Shown here in pieces: positions 13,297 to 27,150 of a DNA stretch of 64,000 bases. The notes below the pieces were generated by a model. The model worked only from the letters and a program-made list of their open reading frames with translations, did not search any database and had not been told where the DNA came from. The DNA comes from Octopus sinensis (lineage: Eukaryota), in assembly GCF_006345805.1 (NCBI RefSeq), contig NC_043002.1:63736001-63800000 (forward strand). The letters are read 5' to 3'. A program made the translations under genes and the position numbers. Each line of letters starts with the position of its first letter. Within the stretch, counting starts at the first letter, position 1.

Positions 13297-14504
13297 GATA
13301 ATAATAGGAATAGTATCGTGACCAATGCTAGCAATAATAATTACACCTATCATAACAATAAAAACTCCGTATTAGTCACGGAGGTTAACCCCAACAGATT
13401 AAAGTTCTTATCCAAAAATTCCAAAATTAGAAACACAATTTACTAATGCAAAATTTCTTCGGGTACCGATGTCTTCTTTTACTTCGTCTAAATTAGCCCA
13501 AAGGATCTCCAACCATTATTCAACTTTCCGAGATAAGAGAAAACAACACAGCACGGGATTAAACAAACTAATTTGGCGTCTGAAAGACAGCAATTCAACC
13601 TTCAAGCTGGAATGGTCCATTTTGTCGGTTTCCATTCCGTTTGATAAGGGCAGAAAATTTGTGGCGTCTGTAATTCTGAATTTTTTCATATATTATTCGC
13701 CAAGGTACCTTTAATAAATTCAATCGTCGAAAGGTCCTGCAGGTGCTTGAAATGGAGAAAACACACATTTCACTCATATGAATAATGACTAATATAGATA
13801 ACACCCTTGAATTTTAATTAATATATTTCCATTTATATATTTCACCCCTCTAGTTTAAAAAAAAAAATTTTATGCTTTCAAAGACATACTACCCAATCCA
13901 TTGAGGTTTGTTTTTGCCTTTGTCCCAATACCTAGCCCTCCTCTTTCTCTTTTTTTCTCTCTCTTTCCCTATATCTATAGTAATCAAGCACACAGACACA
14001 TATCTGCTACAACACCACTATCTACCCATCCACGTACACATTCACACACACACATACACACACATAGGTATTAATACAGTTATATTCATTCACTCACACA
14101 GACACTCATTCACAAAAGAATTTAACAAAATCCACCATACATACGACCTGTTCCAAATCACCTTCCTTTTCTTAGGCCTCTCTCCCCCTACTTCGTTTGA
14201 ACCCTTGAACCTTCAGAACCTTCTAGAATTTTCTACATTCAACCAGTTTGACGTCACTCCTTATAAAGGAATATTAAAGAGACACTCATTATCATTATCG
14301 CCATGCCCTCCGTGAGAGCAGTCATCTAAACGTTTCTTGTGAATCTTGATGTTGACATAAATGCCTTGTTTTACCTGAGAAAGCGGCATAATGTACTCCT
14401 TATTCCTTCACAATTAGGAATATGCAGCCTTCGAAACATATGTCGAAAATAAAGGAAATTTGTTAATTTGTCGTTCAACTCCATTCTTTCATTTATTCAT
14501 AAAT
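13297..14504 (+). mobile_element. 5'-truncated Penelope-like element: decayed GIY-YIG endonuclease, 3' UTR and terminal repeat, ending at (TA)n
   Basis: Frameshifted translation NPNRLKFLSKNSKIRNTIY*CKISSGTDV...SKLAQRISNHYSTFRDKRKQHST...FDKGRKF is homologous to the ORF at 38810-40111; its terminus (tcgttcaactccattctttca) is shared with ~40710-40730. Confidence 0.85.
14364..14455 (+). ncRNA. Decayed type I hammerhead ribozyme in the PLE terminal repeat
   Basis: ccttgttttac-CTGAGA-aagcggcata...tatgcagccttc-GAAAC-ATAT-GTC-gaaaataaagg; stem I 8/11 paired, palindromic stem III ACATATGT, core altered. Confidence 0.65.
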
Positions 14505-14532
14505 TATATATATATATATATTATATATATAT

Positions 14533-14596
<64 letters not shown>

Positions 14597-14821
14597 AAAG
14601 AAAATGGAAAAATACATCCCAATCAAATATCAATTAACAGATAATACCCAATCACATGCTTTATTAAACTACCACATAAGAAACTTCAGGGTCGAACATA
14701 ATAATATATAACCAAACAGTGTACATAAAGGAGTGTACATAAAGGAGTAATTTGATACAATAAGTACTATATGTATAAGAGAATATAAATATAAATAAAT
14801 ATAAATATAAATATAAACTAC

Positions 14822-14948
14822 ATCTTACAGCTGTTTCGGCCATGCATATAAGTATGTCTCATTTTACTTATATTAGCCTTTTATGGTAGGTTAATATGTA
14901 GTTATAAATGAGACATTTTCAAAAATATCCTAAGGCCTCTTCAGAGAT
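14822..14948 (-). ncRNA. Type I hammerhead ribozyme with intact core
   Basis: Minus strand: AUCU-CUGAAGA-GGCC-[long loop with 11-bp stem augucucauuu/aaaugagacau]-GGCC-GAAAC-AGCU-GUA-AGAU; stem III palindrome ACAGCUGU; predicted cut 3' of position 14826 on the minus strand. Confidence 0.85.
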
Positions 14949-15278
14949 TATGAAATACAAATCAGATTACATATACATTTATATATGTGTGGGTACATAC
15001 CCATAATAAATCATATACATATACATATGAGTGCATATACTCATACCCCCATACACATACACATACATATACATAATAATATAAATAATATAAGTCAATA
15101 AACAAATAAACATACACATGTTCCACACTGAACGTTAGAGTTTTTCAACTTGATATTGTGTTATTACAATGTATAAAGCATACACATATTAATACCCAAA
15201 TGCAGATACACAGTCAAGAGTACATTATATTAATTCTCATTAATTTACCAAATGTCATTAATGTTAACATTATATATG

Positions 15279-15309
<31 letters not shown>

Positions 15310-15320
15310 CCACACACAAC

Positions 15321-15478
15321 GGTCTTCTTTTATTTACCGTCTACCAAATCCACTCACAAGGCCTTGGTCGTCCCGAGACTATAGTAGAATATACTTCCCC
15401 AAAATACTATGCAGTGGGACTGAACCCAGAGCTATGTTGTTGGAAAGCAAGCTTCTTAGCACAGAACCACTCCTATGC
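15321..15478 (-). mobile_element. 5' part of a tRNA-derived SINE
   Basis: Reverse complement of the SINE head also seen at 19293-19430 (gcataggagtggttctgtgctaagaagcttgctttccaac...gggttcagtcccactgc). Confidence 0.7.
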
Positions 15479-16913
15479 ATATATATATATATATATATAT
15501 ATATACGAGTATTCCTTATTGTTATTCTTTTGTTTTTACTTGACATTGTCTTAACCGTTGCTTTCCTCGTGTTATATGACTCGTGAGCGCGATCTTATGT
15601 CTATTATATGCTGGCTCCATTTTTCTTCTAACATTCTAACATTTAACTTTAAATGATGTTCTATAAATGTTTTTCAAATCCGCACTCCCACTCTGAACAT
15701 GTTTCTCTTTGTTCTGTCTGATGTTAATCCCCAAAATTTCAACGGCACAGATTATACGCTCATTTTCATTTGTTATATTCTCAAATTTGATCAACAATAT
15801 GGTCGTCGTCGTTGTCTTCATCGATATTACTTTAAAGTAAATCGTTTTTATTAATCTCTTTGTCGGCAGTTCTCAGTAAACTTGAAGATTAGCAGCGATA
15901 TTTCTGTGAAGCTGTAACACTAAAATTGTAATTGTCAGTCATAGACGACGTAAAAGCATTAAAATATAATTGGAATATTACCAAATGGATGCTTATTAAA
16001 AGTCGGTTTATTATATTTCTTTGAGAATGATCTCTGCCACTTTAGTGTGGAATTACCAAATGTACTTTCTTATCGACTTATACGTGTCATATGTGAGAGA
16101 ATTATAGTCTAAGCCACAATAGATGGGAAAAAATACTATCTTTGTTAGCTTTTCAACAGAAAACTGAAGAAGGAATATCTAAGTAATGACATACTCAATC
16201 TTCTTGTCATACAGAGGAATCATGACAATTTTATTAAAAAAATATCGGTTTGTATTTGTTGTTTTTTTGAACAGGAAGCAGGCGTGGCTGTGTGGAAAGC
16301 AGTCCCCTTCCGAAGCACATGGTTCCGACTACAGACCCAATATGTGTCAACTTGTGTAGCAAGCAAATTCTGCAATAGTTAGTTGTTGAAGAAAGATTTG
16401 TGAGTTGTTTCGGTACACGAAAACTGAAGGAACTCTGATGTGTATGAAGGTGTGTGTCTCTGTGTCTGTGTTTTTCCTCCTCTGCTGCTTGACAATCGGT
16501 GCTAGTGTGTTTAGGGTCACCTCACCGTTTCGACAAAACAAATCGATACAATAAGTTCAGGTACTGATGTCGATTGATTCAATTAAGAATTCTTCAAGGC
16601 GGTGACCCAGCAAATAGAAGGTAAGAAATCGAGAAATATATGCAGAAAAATCGAGAGATATAAAAAAAATCAGTAATATACTCAAATGATAAATTTGACA
16701 TATTCATGCATACAGTCTTTCTAGGCGTATGATTACTTATAGGTCTCTCTCCACCCCTCCTACTCCAGCAACATAATTTACAGCTCTAGTGTCAAGTAAT
16801 GGAGGGGAAGGGGATCAGACACAAAGACACACACACATGCACGCACACACGTGTACACACACACACACGTATATATATATATATATTATATATATATATT
16901 ATATATATATATA

Positions 16914-17141
16914 TAGTAATTCCTCAACATATCGGGGTTCACCTATCGCGGTTTATTATTTAAGCTTACGTCGACTCCACCGAGGTGTTGTTTTGCATTT
17001 ATAATGAAATAAATATATACAAATTATAAAAATAATTTTCAAAATCATATACAGTACCGTACTGTTTCTTCTTCGTGGATTTTCAGCTATCACGGGCATG
17101 GGGGTTGTAACATAACACTCCTGATAGTCGAGGGATTACTG
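16914..17141. mobile_element. Tigger/pogo-like MITE (~228 bp)
   Basis: TIRs tagtaattcctcaacatatcgggg / ctcctgatagtcgagggattactg (CAGTAATCCCTCGAC-type), TA flanks. Confidence 0.75.
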
Positions 17142-18690
17142 TATAAAATATTATATCAATCAATTTTGCATACTTGTAAATATCGATCCCGCACGCACAC
17201 ACACTCGAGCGTACATAGCAACAGCCTTCCACGTGGGTTTAGAAACCGCAACTCCAAATCACGATACAAACACAAGTTGCTGACATTACCTAACTCTACA
17301 CCGATGTAATTTTACCTCCGATGAAAAAACCGATCTTCAGCAAATATAACAAAATGTACCTTTAAGAGAAACAGCAAACTGGAACGGCTGATGACCGTTC
17401 CCCACAAGGAAACCAACAAAACAGAACGACAAACAAGACCACCAGAAAAACCAGACGATAATAGTAATTTAAAGAATAAAAAATCAGAACTGTTCACGGA
17501 AAAAATTATGAATTCACCGGATTCCAAAAAAAAAAAAACACCGTCATAGCGAAAATCCCTGCACACGACGGAAAGCGAATCAGAGAAACAGTAAACCAAA
17601 TCTCCTTTTTTTTAATATCATCATTTTCCTTGGTTTTTCTTGCTCTTAACTCGGTATGACTGGAACGTTGATGATCCACATTTTTTATATTATTGATTGT
17701 TATGCACTTTTAAACTTCTAAACATTGAAACTTTTAAGCATTTTTTTCTAATTCATAATTTTAGATTTTTACCATTGATAAACAAAACATATTGTTGGAA
17801 CTAGTTTAGTATTTTGTTCTATATTTTAGAGATGATGTATTCTATACATTATAATGGACGGATATGTGTGCTCATCTTGTTTGTTGTTACAACGTTTCTG
17901 TTGATTTTCTCTACATCCTTCATAGGGTGTACTGGTAGAATTTTGTACCCGACCCTGGGTTCTCAATCCTATGGTAATTTTGCTGAGTTATCATCATCAT
18001 CATCATTATTATTTTTATTATTGTTATTATAATTATTATTATTTCAAAGCACAGCCTGGAATTGAACTCAAAATCTTGGAGTTATTAGCCCACGCTCTTA
18101 TCCTCTACGCTAAATGCCAGTGGCATACATTGGTATATATGTAAATGAACTTATTTAAAAACGAAAGTTTTTCAAATTTACGTGCATTTTTAATTACAAA
18201 TTTGTTTATCCGTGGACATACAAGCCCTCTTTTGTTTTATTTTTCGGGAAAATGAGTTGGTGGCCAGCTATATATATGGTAATCCTTCAGTATGTGGTGA
18301 TTAAAAAGTAGATAAAAAATTAAAGGGGAAATAACAGCTAGGATCTAGTGGAAGCCTAAATGACGGTATGTACACTCACAAAGTGAATGTACATCAGAAC
18401 TTTGAACATCCGACAAATAAGGACGTACGTACATACAATGTGGAGAAAATGCGGATGCGTGTAAAAAAATACGACGTCAATTTGAAACGTCAGATAATTT
18501 AGACGTTTCGTATTTCCACGAATTTTTAAGAAGAAATACTATATCAAAACAAAAGGCATTTGTTCACGTTTTGGTTGCTATAGTTAATGTCTACGTTGTT
18601 TAACTGCAAGTTGACTTATTTAACTGCCCTTGTTATTTACCCTTTAATATTTATTTACTTTTTTTAATAACTACATACTGAAGGATTACC

Positions 18691-18757
<67 letters not shown>

Positions 18758-19255
18758 CTCATTTATTGGTTTAACGATTAGTCACGTAAACATCAACTAC
18801 ATGGTCATGTCGTTGGTAAATTTATTATAAAAATGTGAAGTATAAACATTGCCTGATTTCTATGTTAGAATAATGACCCTCCCAAGACAAAGAATATTTG
18901 GAAAAAAGGGCGAAAGGAATGGAATTAAATGAGAAATAGTGGCAGTAAGAGAAAAAATAATTTGCTATTCTGATATTTGGAAGATAAAAAATTTAAAAGA
19001 GCGGCTTTTTCATACGCGTATGAGAATAGCGGGAGTGACTGGGGTGGAAAGAGACTTATAAGTAACCATACTTCAAGAAAGATCATATATTTTGTATTGT
19101 AATCGTTTCAGTCATATGACTGCGGTCATGCTAGGGCACAGCCTTGAAGGATTTTAATTGAATAAACCGAAGTTTTGTACTTAATTCGATTGGTTTGCTT
19201 TTCGGAACCGATAATTTACAGGGATGTAAACTCACCAACATCAGTTGTCCAGCGG

Positions 19256-19292
<37 letters not shown>

Positions 19293-19295
<3 letters not shown>

Positions 19296-19430
19296 GCAGG
19301 AGTGGGTGTGTGGTAAGTAGCTTGCTTACCAACCACATAGTTCTGGGATTAGTCCCACTGCATGGCAGCTTGGGCCGATCAAAGCCTTGTGATTGGATTC
19401 GGTAGACGGAGTCTGAAAGAATCCCGCTAT
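19293..19430 (+). mobile_element. tRNA-derived SINE, 5' half (interrupted by the ribozyme array)
   Basis: gcaggagtgggtgtgtggtaagtagcttgcttaccaaccacatag...ggtagacggagtctgaaagaatcccg; degenerate A/B boxes; continues at 21501. Confidence 0.8.
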
Positions 19431-19431
19431 C

Positions 19432-19527
19432 CAGATAGTTTTGGCTGACCAGCTACAAGTGGATTTTTTTGTAAGTAAAATTACATTTAATTCATTAATA
19501 GCGAAACAATTGTCCCAAAATAATCTG
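19432..19527 (+). ncRNA. Type I hammerhead ribozyme, unit 1, core mutated (CUGACCA, G8 to C)
   Basis: Same fold as units 2-4 but ctgaccag at 19445-19452; G8 is an essential core base. Confidence 0.8.
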
Positions 19528-19964
19528 TATTTTTGTTATTTTTTATTTGCCCTGTCCGTGTGAGCTAACAATCGTACTGACTTTCATGGGAAACATGTAT
19601 TTTTGTGGTTGAAACCTTTTGGATTAACTGGTGCTAGAGTGAGCCATATAGTGACCACTCTCTTATATTTATTTTGTAAAAATATATAATATATTATAAA
19701 ATATTATAATAATCCAGGTTTCTCGGAGCACTAGGCCACTTGGTGTTGAATAGATATACTATTAATTAGTATCTAATTCTCTCACCCTTATTAATTAATT
19801 ATAATTATGCTACATTTATTTCTAAATGCAGTATTTGTTTTCCGTGAAAGTTTGGCGCGCTATTAGTTGGGGCATTTGAATTATAACGTCGGATGTAATC
19901 AATTGAACCACACGCGTATTTATCGTTATGGTAAAATCTGGCGTGTGATTGAGTGGATTTCATC

Positions 19965-20060
19965 CAGATAGTTTTGGCTGACGAGCTACAAGTGGATTTT
20001 TTTGTAAGTAAAATTACATTTAATTCATTAATAGCGAAACAATTGTCCCAAAATAATCTG
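19965..20060 (+). ncRNA. Type I hammerhead ribozyme, unit 2, intact
   Basis: cagat-ag-TTTTGG-CTGACGA-GCTA...TAGC-GAAAC-AATT-GTC-CCAAAA-ta-atctg; predicted cleavage after C20047. Confidence 0.92.
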
Positions 20061-20499
20061 TATTTTTGTTATTTTTTATTTGCTCTGTCCGTGTGAGCTA
20101 ACAATCGTACTGACTTTCATGGGAAACATGTATTTTTGTGGTTGAAACCTTTTGGATTAACTGGTGCTAGAGTGAGCCATATAGTTACCACTCTCTTATA
20201 TTTATTTTGTAAAAATATTATAATATATTATAAAATATTATAATAATCCAGGTTTCTCGGAGCACTAGGCCACTTGGTGTTGAATAGATATACTATTAAA
20301 TTAGTATCTAATTCTCTCACCCTTATTAATTAATTATAATTATGCTACATTTATTTCTAAATGCAGTATTTGTTTTCCGTGAAAGTTTGGCGCGCTATTA
20401 GTTGGGGCATTTGAATTATAACGTCGGATGTAATCAATTGAACCACACGCGTATTTATCGTTATGGTAAAATCTGGCGTGTGATTGAGTGGATTTCATC

Positions 20500-20595
20500 C
20501 AGATAGTTTTGGCTGACGAGCTACAAGTGGATTTTTTTGTAAGTAAAATTACATTTAATTCATTAATAGCGAAACAATTGTCCCAAAATAATCTG
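20500..20595 (+). ncRNA. Type I hammerhead ribozyme, unit 3, intact
   Basis: CTGACGA at 20513-20519, GAAAC at 20571, GTC ending at 20582; same stems as unit 2. Confidence 0.92.
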
Positions 20596-21034
20596 TATTT
20601 TTGTTATTTTTTATTTGCTCTGTCCGTGTGAGCTAACAATCGTACTGACTTTCATGGGAAACATGTATTTTTGTGGTTGAAACCTTTTGGATTAACTGGT
20701 GCTAGAGTGAGCCATATAGTGACCACTCTCTTATATTTATTTTGTAAAAATATTATAATATATTATAAAATATTATAATAATCCAGGTTTCTCGGAGCAC
20801 TAGGCCACTTGGTGTTGAATAGATATACTATTAAATTAGTATCTAATTCTCTCACCCTTATTAATTAATTATAATTATGCTACATTTATTTCTAAATGCA
20901 GTATTTGTTTTCCGTGAAAGTTTGGCGCGCTATTAGTTGGGGCATTTGAATTATAACGTCGGATGTAATCAATTGAACCGCACGCGTATTTATCGTTATG
21001 GTAAAATCTGGCGTGTGATTGAGTGGATTTCATC

Positions 21035-21130
21035 CAGATAGTTTTGGCTGACGAGCTACAAGTGGATTTTTTTGTAAGTAAAATTACATTTAATTCATTA
21101 ATAGCGAAACAATTGTCCCAAAATAATCTG
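21035..21130 (+). ncRNA. Type I hammerhead ribozyme, unit 4, intact
   Basis: CTGACGA at 21048-21054, GAAAC at 21106, GTC ending at 21117. Confidence 0.92.
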
Positions 21131-21403
21131 TATTTTTGTTATTTTTTATTTGCCCTGTCCGTGTGAGCTAACAATCGTACTGACTTTCATGGGAAACATG
21201 TATTTTTGTGGTTGAAACCTTTTGGATTAACTAGTGCTAGAGTGAGCCATATAGTGACCACTCTCTTATATTTATTTTGTAAAAATATTATAATATATTA
21301 TAAAATATTATAATAATCCAGGTTTCTCGGAGCACTAGGCCACTTGGTGTTGAATAGATATACTATTAAATAGTATCTAATTCTCTCACCCTTATTAATT
21401 AAT

Positions 21404-21720
<317 letters not shown>

Positions 21721-21807
21721 ATATATATATATATATATATACATGCATATATATATGTGTCTGTGTATGTATGTGTATGTGTTTTTGTGTGTGTGTGTGT
21801 GTGTGTG

Positions 21808-21980
21808 CAATGGGCTTCTTTCAGTTTAGTTTTGATCTACCAAACCGACTCACAAACTTTTGGCTGACCTAGGATCATAGTAGAAGACAATGAACGAAGA
21901 TGCCGCATATTTGGACTTAACTGGGATTCATATGGTTGGGAAGCAAGCTTCTCACCACACAGCCTCGCTTGCTTGCGCCT
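21808..21980 (-). mobile_element. SINE 5' half, inverted
   Basis: Reverse complement of the same SINE head (ggcgcaagcaagcgaggctgtgtggtgagaagcttgcttcccaacc...). Confidence 0.7.
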
Positions 21981-22645
21981 CCATTTCCATTTTCCAATGC
22001 AAATAATGAAATATACTGTTCTGAGGGAATAGTACTGTTAATAACCCATGCTTGAACAATAAGAGAAATGTATGTGCTGAACAGAATTAAAAGTAATTCT
22101 AATATCTATGTTAAAGTTAGATTATAAAGTTAAAACTATACAGGTGATTAAAACATATACAAACACATTACACTAATACATGTGCAAAGCAGTTCCAAGA
22201 AGCAGAGCATACGAAAGTTCAGATAATAATTTAGATAACGTCAGGAAGATCAAGTTTATCATCACACGTTAACAGCTAATATAGTATTACTCAAATAGAT
22301 AAGAAAATTTAGAATTCTTGATTAATTAATGGCAACAGAATAATTAATTAAGCAAACTGGTTTATGATAAGGTAAGTGAATGAAGCCCTAATAAGTCGAG
22401 GCAATATGGAATTATTTCATGGAACTTCTATATATAATTATGTAAATGGCATTATCATGTGCAAGATGGTTTAAGATTAAGTGCGATATATTTTTCGTAA
22501 CATATATATTTATATATGGTTTCCATGTAATTAAATATCTTAGGCGGAAGATAACATGAAGTAACACGATATAAAATCCGTGGGAAAAATGAAATTATTA
22601 ATTAACAAAAACTGGTCTGAGAGTTATGATTTGTAGGTCCTGTTT

Positions 22646-23490
22646 TACGGGGTTCGGCTGACAAGTCCATATGCTTACCAAGATCCTCACATCCAATGTG
22701 ACCATATAAGCTTTGTTTTTCAGTATAGCTCCCTTGCGGTCCACACACATCTTCCATAGGTATTGCACTGCTTGGACCCCGTTAGTGTAGAAGCTATCTT
22801 CCTGCAGTTAAAAAAACAAACAAACGTATCAACAGCTGATACCACGTCATCATCACTGCATACTGATATTCAGCTAAATGCTTTTTCATCATGGAAAACT
22901 GATGATTGTCAGATGAGGTGAAATCAGTCGAATATGGTGGCTGATCAGTCACAATCACGGACGGGAGCCATTAAAACCTAGGTCTGTCATGATGAAACAA
23001 GACCTCTATCATGAGTTTTCATGGACATTTTAATTTGATAGCCTATGGTAAAAGCCTCAGCAACTTGGCATAGACCTCTCCATTCATGCTGTGGACCTCT
23101 TCCAATGTAGTCAATAATCCCAATACGTCTCTAAATATCTGAGACCATCACCTTCCCTACAAATTAAAAGTATTTGGCCTTGTTTGAAGCAGGTGAGAAG
23201 GGGTGTTTCCACTGCTTGAATTTTCTCTGCATCGCTATCTCAAAGAGATACATTTAATGCATTCAAGGAAACCAACTGGATCTGCCTCAAACAATGTCAG
23301 GTTTTTTTCTTTATATGATCATCGTGATTCGGTGTGAGAAGACCTGATACCCACCTAGGAGAAACCTTCAACATGCCAAGCACATTGCGCAGAATATTCT
23401 CAAATATTTTACGAGATATGGTAATAACATTGGCTATTTGATTTATCGTTAATCGCCTGGTATCCATGAACGCACAAAACTATTAGTGTC
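22646..23490 (-). mobile_element. Decayed mariner transposon (transposase pseudogene, one TIR seen)
   Basis: Minus-strand translation: MDTRRLTINQIANVITISRK...NVLGMLKVSPRWV; QPPYSTDFTSSDNHQFSMMKKHLA; QEDSFYTNGVQAVQYLWKMCVDRKG; TA plus TIR-like cggggttcggctgacaagtcc at 22646. Confidence 0.85.
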
Positions 23491-24464
23491 TTTCATTTAA
23501 TGGATTAAAGATGTATACCTTACAATCTATGAATGGAATTATATCAGTTCCCATTAAACTTAACGAATATTGTTTCCCTTTGTGGTTTCGTAGGTTTTTC
23601 TCGTTTTCTTCCCGGATTTCCTCACGAAGTGCTCACCTCATTTTAGACTGGATGAATGGCAGATCGTACGTGCTACGTTGTGATATATCATTTTTTTAAA
23701 TCTTCATGATTAATTAACTGTTTTCCTGCGAAATAATGTCGCAATGATCTGAAAAGATCACAGTCCGTTGTAGGAAGATAAGCAGAGACAGGCCGAGGTG
23801 ATAAAACTTCCTAAATGACTCGGGCTGCATATTGTGTTTCCTTATTGAGTAAGAACAAAAGCCTTTTAAGATTTACCATCAATGCGTGCTCTTTCTCTAA
23901 CGTCTTGTGCAAAGCTTCCGGTTGAGGACATTATTTCTGCGCATTTAATGTGTCACTTTGGTGAAATAACTCACCATAATCGACAGGCTTCATATGACAT
24001 CAATTACAGAGTACAACTATTTTCGGGTGCAGGTTTGATTTTCGGATGAATAAGAAAAAATTGGTAGCAGATCTACACTTCAATGTCGAGCAAAAAGCAA
24101 CGCTTTAATAAAGCTAAGAAGCTATCAAATGATGAGAAACCACCTCACCGAATTTAGATAGACTTTCAGGTGCATGAAGTTGTTTTATGATCCAAAAGTC
24201 CAAAAGTGATTTGAACTGAAGTGTTTAGCTTATTCTCGAGCAGGTTCAGAATATTAACAGAACATAATCATCCAATACGAAGGATATTTGCGTGAGAAAA
24301 GAAATTTCCGATCGAATCTAGGCATATAATAGGTAGAGTGTGACGATACTAAACGCTTCATTCCCAAACACAAAACAAAAATTACTTACTGCTTCCAATG
24401 CCGAACCGTTCCATTTGAATTAGTATCGCATGCAATAACTGGCTTGAATTGATGGCAGTTGTCT

Positions 24465-24665
24465 GGCAGAATTATTAGCCAGCTGGACTAAACGCTTCAT
24501 CGGTATTTCGTCTGTCACAACGTTCTGAGTTCAAATTCTTCCGAAGTTAACTTTGCCTTTCATCTTTTCGATGTCGATTAAATTAGTACCAATTACGCAC
24601 TGGAGGTCGATGTAATTGACTTAATCCTCTCACCCTGCTGCCCTTGTGGCAAAAATTTGAACTCA
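24465..24665 (+). mobile_element. SINE of a second family; further copies at ~43130-43230, 45050-45230, 45700-45870 and 48470-48625 (mostly inverted)
   Basis: gttctgagttcaaattcttccgaagttaactttgcctttcatc...agtacca...ggtcgatgtaattgact recurs in degraded form at those sites. Confidence 0.7.
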
Positions 24666-25142
24666 ATAAATGGCACACATTTAATGAAAGACATGTTGAA
24701 CTCGATACTAACGCCATCTTTATGCTACCATGCAATGTATAACAAAACAAAACAGACATTCGAATATAATGTTTATTTTGCCCTAATCACTTAAAAAGAC
24801 TGCCATCAAACTGATCACGTTAAAAATGCTACAAGACTTACTTTTTAAACTAATAAAGATATATATGCATCTGAATAAATATATTTCGTTTGTAGCCGAC
24901 AAAATTTATATTGCTCTGCCTATATTTGTTAGCATGTGTCCTTGTATTCATTGATACGTGTGTGTACCTCTGTGTATACACATGTATGTAGACTCTTAAA
25001 CATACATACATACACACACACACACACTAAGATTTAAGCTATTTTAATATGCTCTTGTTGCATCGGACACTGTGCCGGTCAGCTAACTTACAAAGCAAAA
25101 CCTATTCTTTAGTGGTGCCAGACAAAATATAACACTTAAACC

Positions 25143-25206
<64 letters not shown>

Positions 25207-25929
25207 TACATGCATACACATAATAATATACACATGAGTAGCACAACAGAATTTCCTTCTACCAAATTCACTTAAAATTCATTGGATAGCAGAAAATTTG
25301 CCCACATAGCCTCAAAGTTGTATTGATAGTGAAACCACGGAGTGGCAACATGAACTTCATGTCTAAGTAGCCGCATCTGGACCAACATACAGGTAGATGC
25401 ATCAGCACACACATAGATATGAATGCGTGTAATCTTAACTATCATAACTCCAAGAGAATTTTTCTTTCTCTTATTATTTTTCTCTGTGAAGTAACGATCA
25501 CTTAACTTCTACTAACATTGTATTTCCTTACACCATCAATTGTTCCTCAATTATTTACTTTGTTCCGTTTCTTTCCTCTAATATAAAACCAAAATGTAAA
25601 CGTTATATTACCTAACGCAAGCCATCTTTCATTTAACTTCCATATAATATTCTATCAACTTTATTTCTTTTAGCATTCATTTCCAAACATTTAACAATAA
25701 ATTCTCTATCCTTCATTGTAAATTACATTCAGATATTACGTTGTTCAAAATGCTACACAGTGAGTTAGGCTTCAATGAATTGCTTCATTTTCTCAACAGC
25801 TACATTGAAATCATCGGCAAATATGTAATTTCATAGTAATCTAGTTTCACTTTCATTATCATTTTATAATTTTCTAACATTTCAGTTATACATATACATA
25901 CAAACCCATATATATATATATATATATAT

Positions 25930-26087
<158 letters not shown>

Positions 26088-26340
26088 TGTGTGAGGAAAG
26101 GCGAATAGAAATTTTATAAGTGTTGAAAATGTTAAGAAGAAATTAATCTACTTTTGTTCAGGGCAATTATTTTCTTCACATTCTTTCACGCATACCTACA
26201 ATGAGTAGCAAGTTAACACACACATACACACTTAGATATACACACATGTGCATACTATCACACCTAGATCTATACTAGTCGACATATGGATGCGTGTATA
26301 CATCAAGGAATATGCTCATATATATATATATATATATTTC

Positions 26341-26383
<43 letters not shown>

Positions 26384-26384
26384 T

Positions 26385-26420
<36 letters not shown>

Positions 26421-26673
26421 GATAGATAGATATATCGATAGATAGATAGATACATACATACATACATACACACATACATACATACATACATACATACATA
26501 CATACATACATACATACATACATAGAAAGATAGTCAATTGGTGGATAGCTAGCTAGCTAGATAGACAGACAGTTAGATAGAATTACTGAGAGGCACACAG
26601 TAAATAACAATATGCATGATACATTGCTATATCTATCTGAGTAGAAAGTCTCTTTTGTGACTGTTATTTTCAG

Positions 26674-26775
26674 ATGGTGCATATGTGCGTAAATAAGACT
26701 GGCCGAAATAATAAAAAAAACGTGAATAAAACCAGAGAACGAGGATATTATGAAAGGAAATTTCTTTTGCATCTG
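26674..26775 (+). CDS. Candidate exon (MVHMCVNKTGRNNKKNVNKTRERGYYERKFLLHL)
   Basis: Acceptor ctgttattttcag, donor CTG|gtaaac, 102 nt open, phase 0-0; no homology recognised. Confidence 0.25.
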
Positions 26776-26879
26776 GTAAACATCAAACTAAAGGAACTAC
26801 AGTATAAACTTCACCATATACTTTACGTACTGCTTCGAACACTAACTTTAACGATCACGTTTTCCCGACTCATCCTAAT

Positions 26880-27087
26880 GTCTCCGATTGTCATCGACTT
26901 CATCGTCTTTATCATCATCGTCGCCGTCGTCGACGTCGCTGTCATCTTCGTCGGCGTGTCTGTCGACATCATCATCATTGCCATCATCATCAACATCATC
27001 ATCAACATCATCATCATCATCATCAACATCATCATCACAATCATCATCATGAACATCATCAACACCACCACCACCACCATCATCATC

Positions 27088-27132
<45 letters not shown>

Positions 27133-27150
27133 GTCATCGTCATCATGATC
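26880..27150. repeat. (ATC)n/(GTC)n/(ACC)n compound trinucleotide tract
   Basis: Direct reading; explains the poly-I and poly-M ORFs. Confidence 0.95.

Noticed and set aside
16046-16185. Possible exons at 16046-16092 and 16160-16182
   Set aside because: Splice-like signals are present, but the frames are short and ambiguous; cannot be supported
17381-17401. ggaacgg-CTGATGA-ccgttcc hairpin
   Set aside because: CUGAUGA sits in a simple hairpin loop with no stem II/GAAA/stem III arrangement
17320-17600. K/T/N-rich open frame on the + strand
   Set aside because: Low complexity, broken at an A-homopolymer, no splice or domain support
18484-18550. Adjacent hairpins gaaacgtc/gacgtttc and gtatttc/gaaatac with GAAAC
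   Set aside because: The would-be core reads UUGAUAUA and there is no stem I; not a hammerhead
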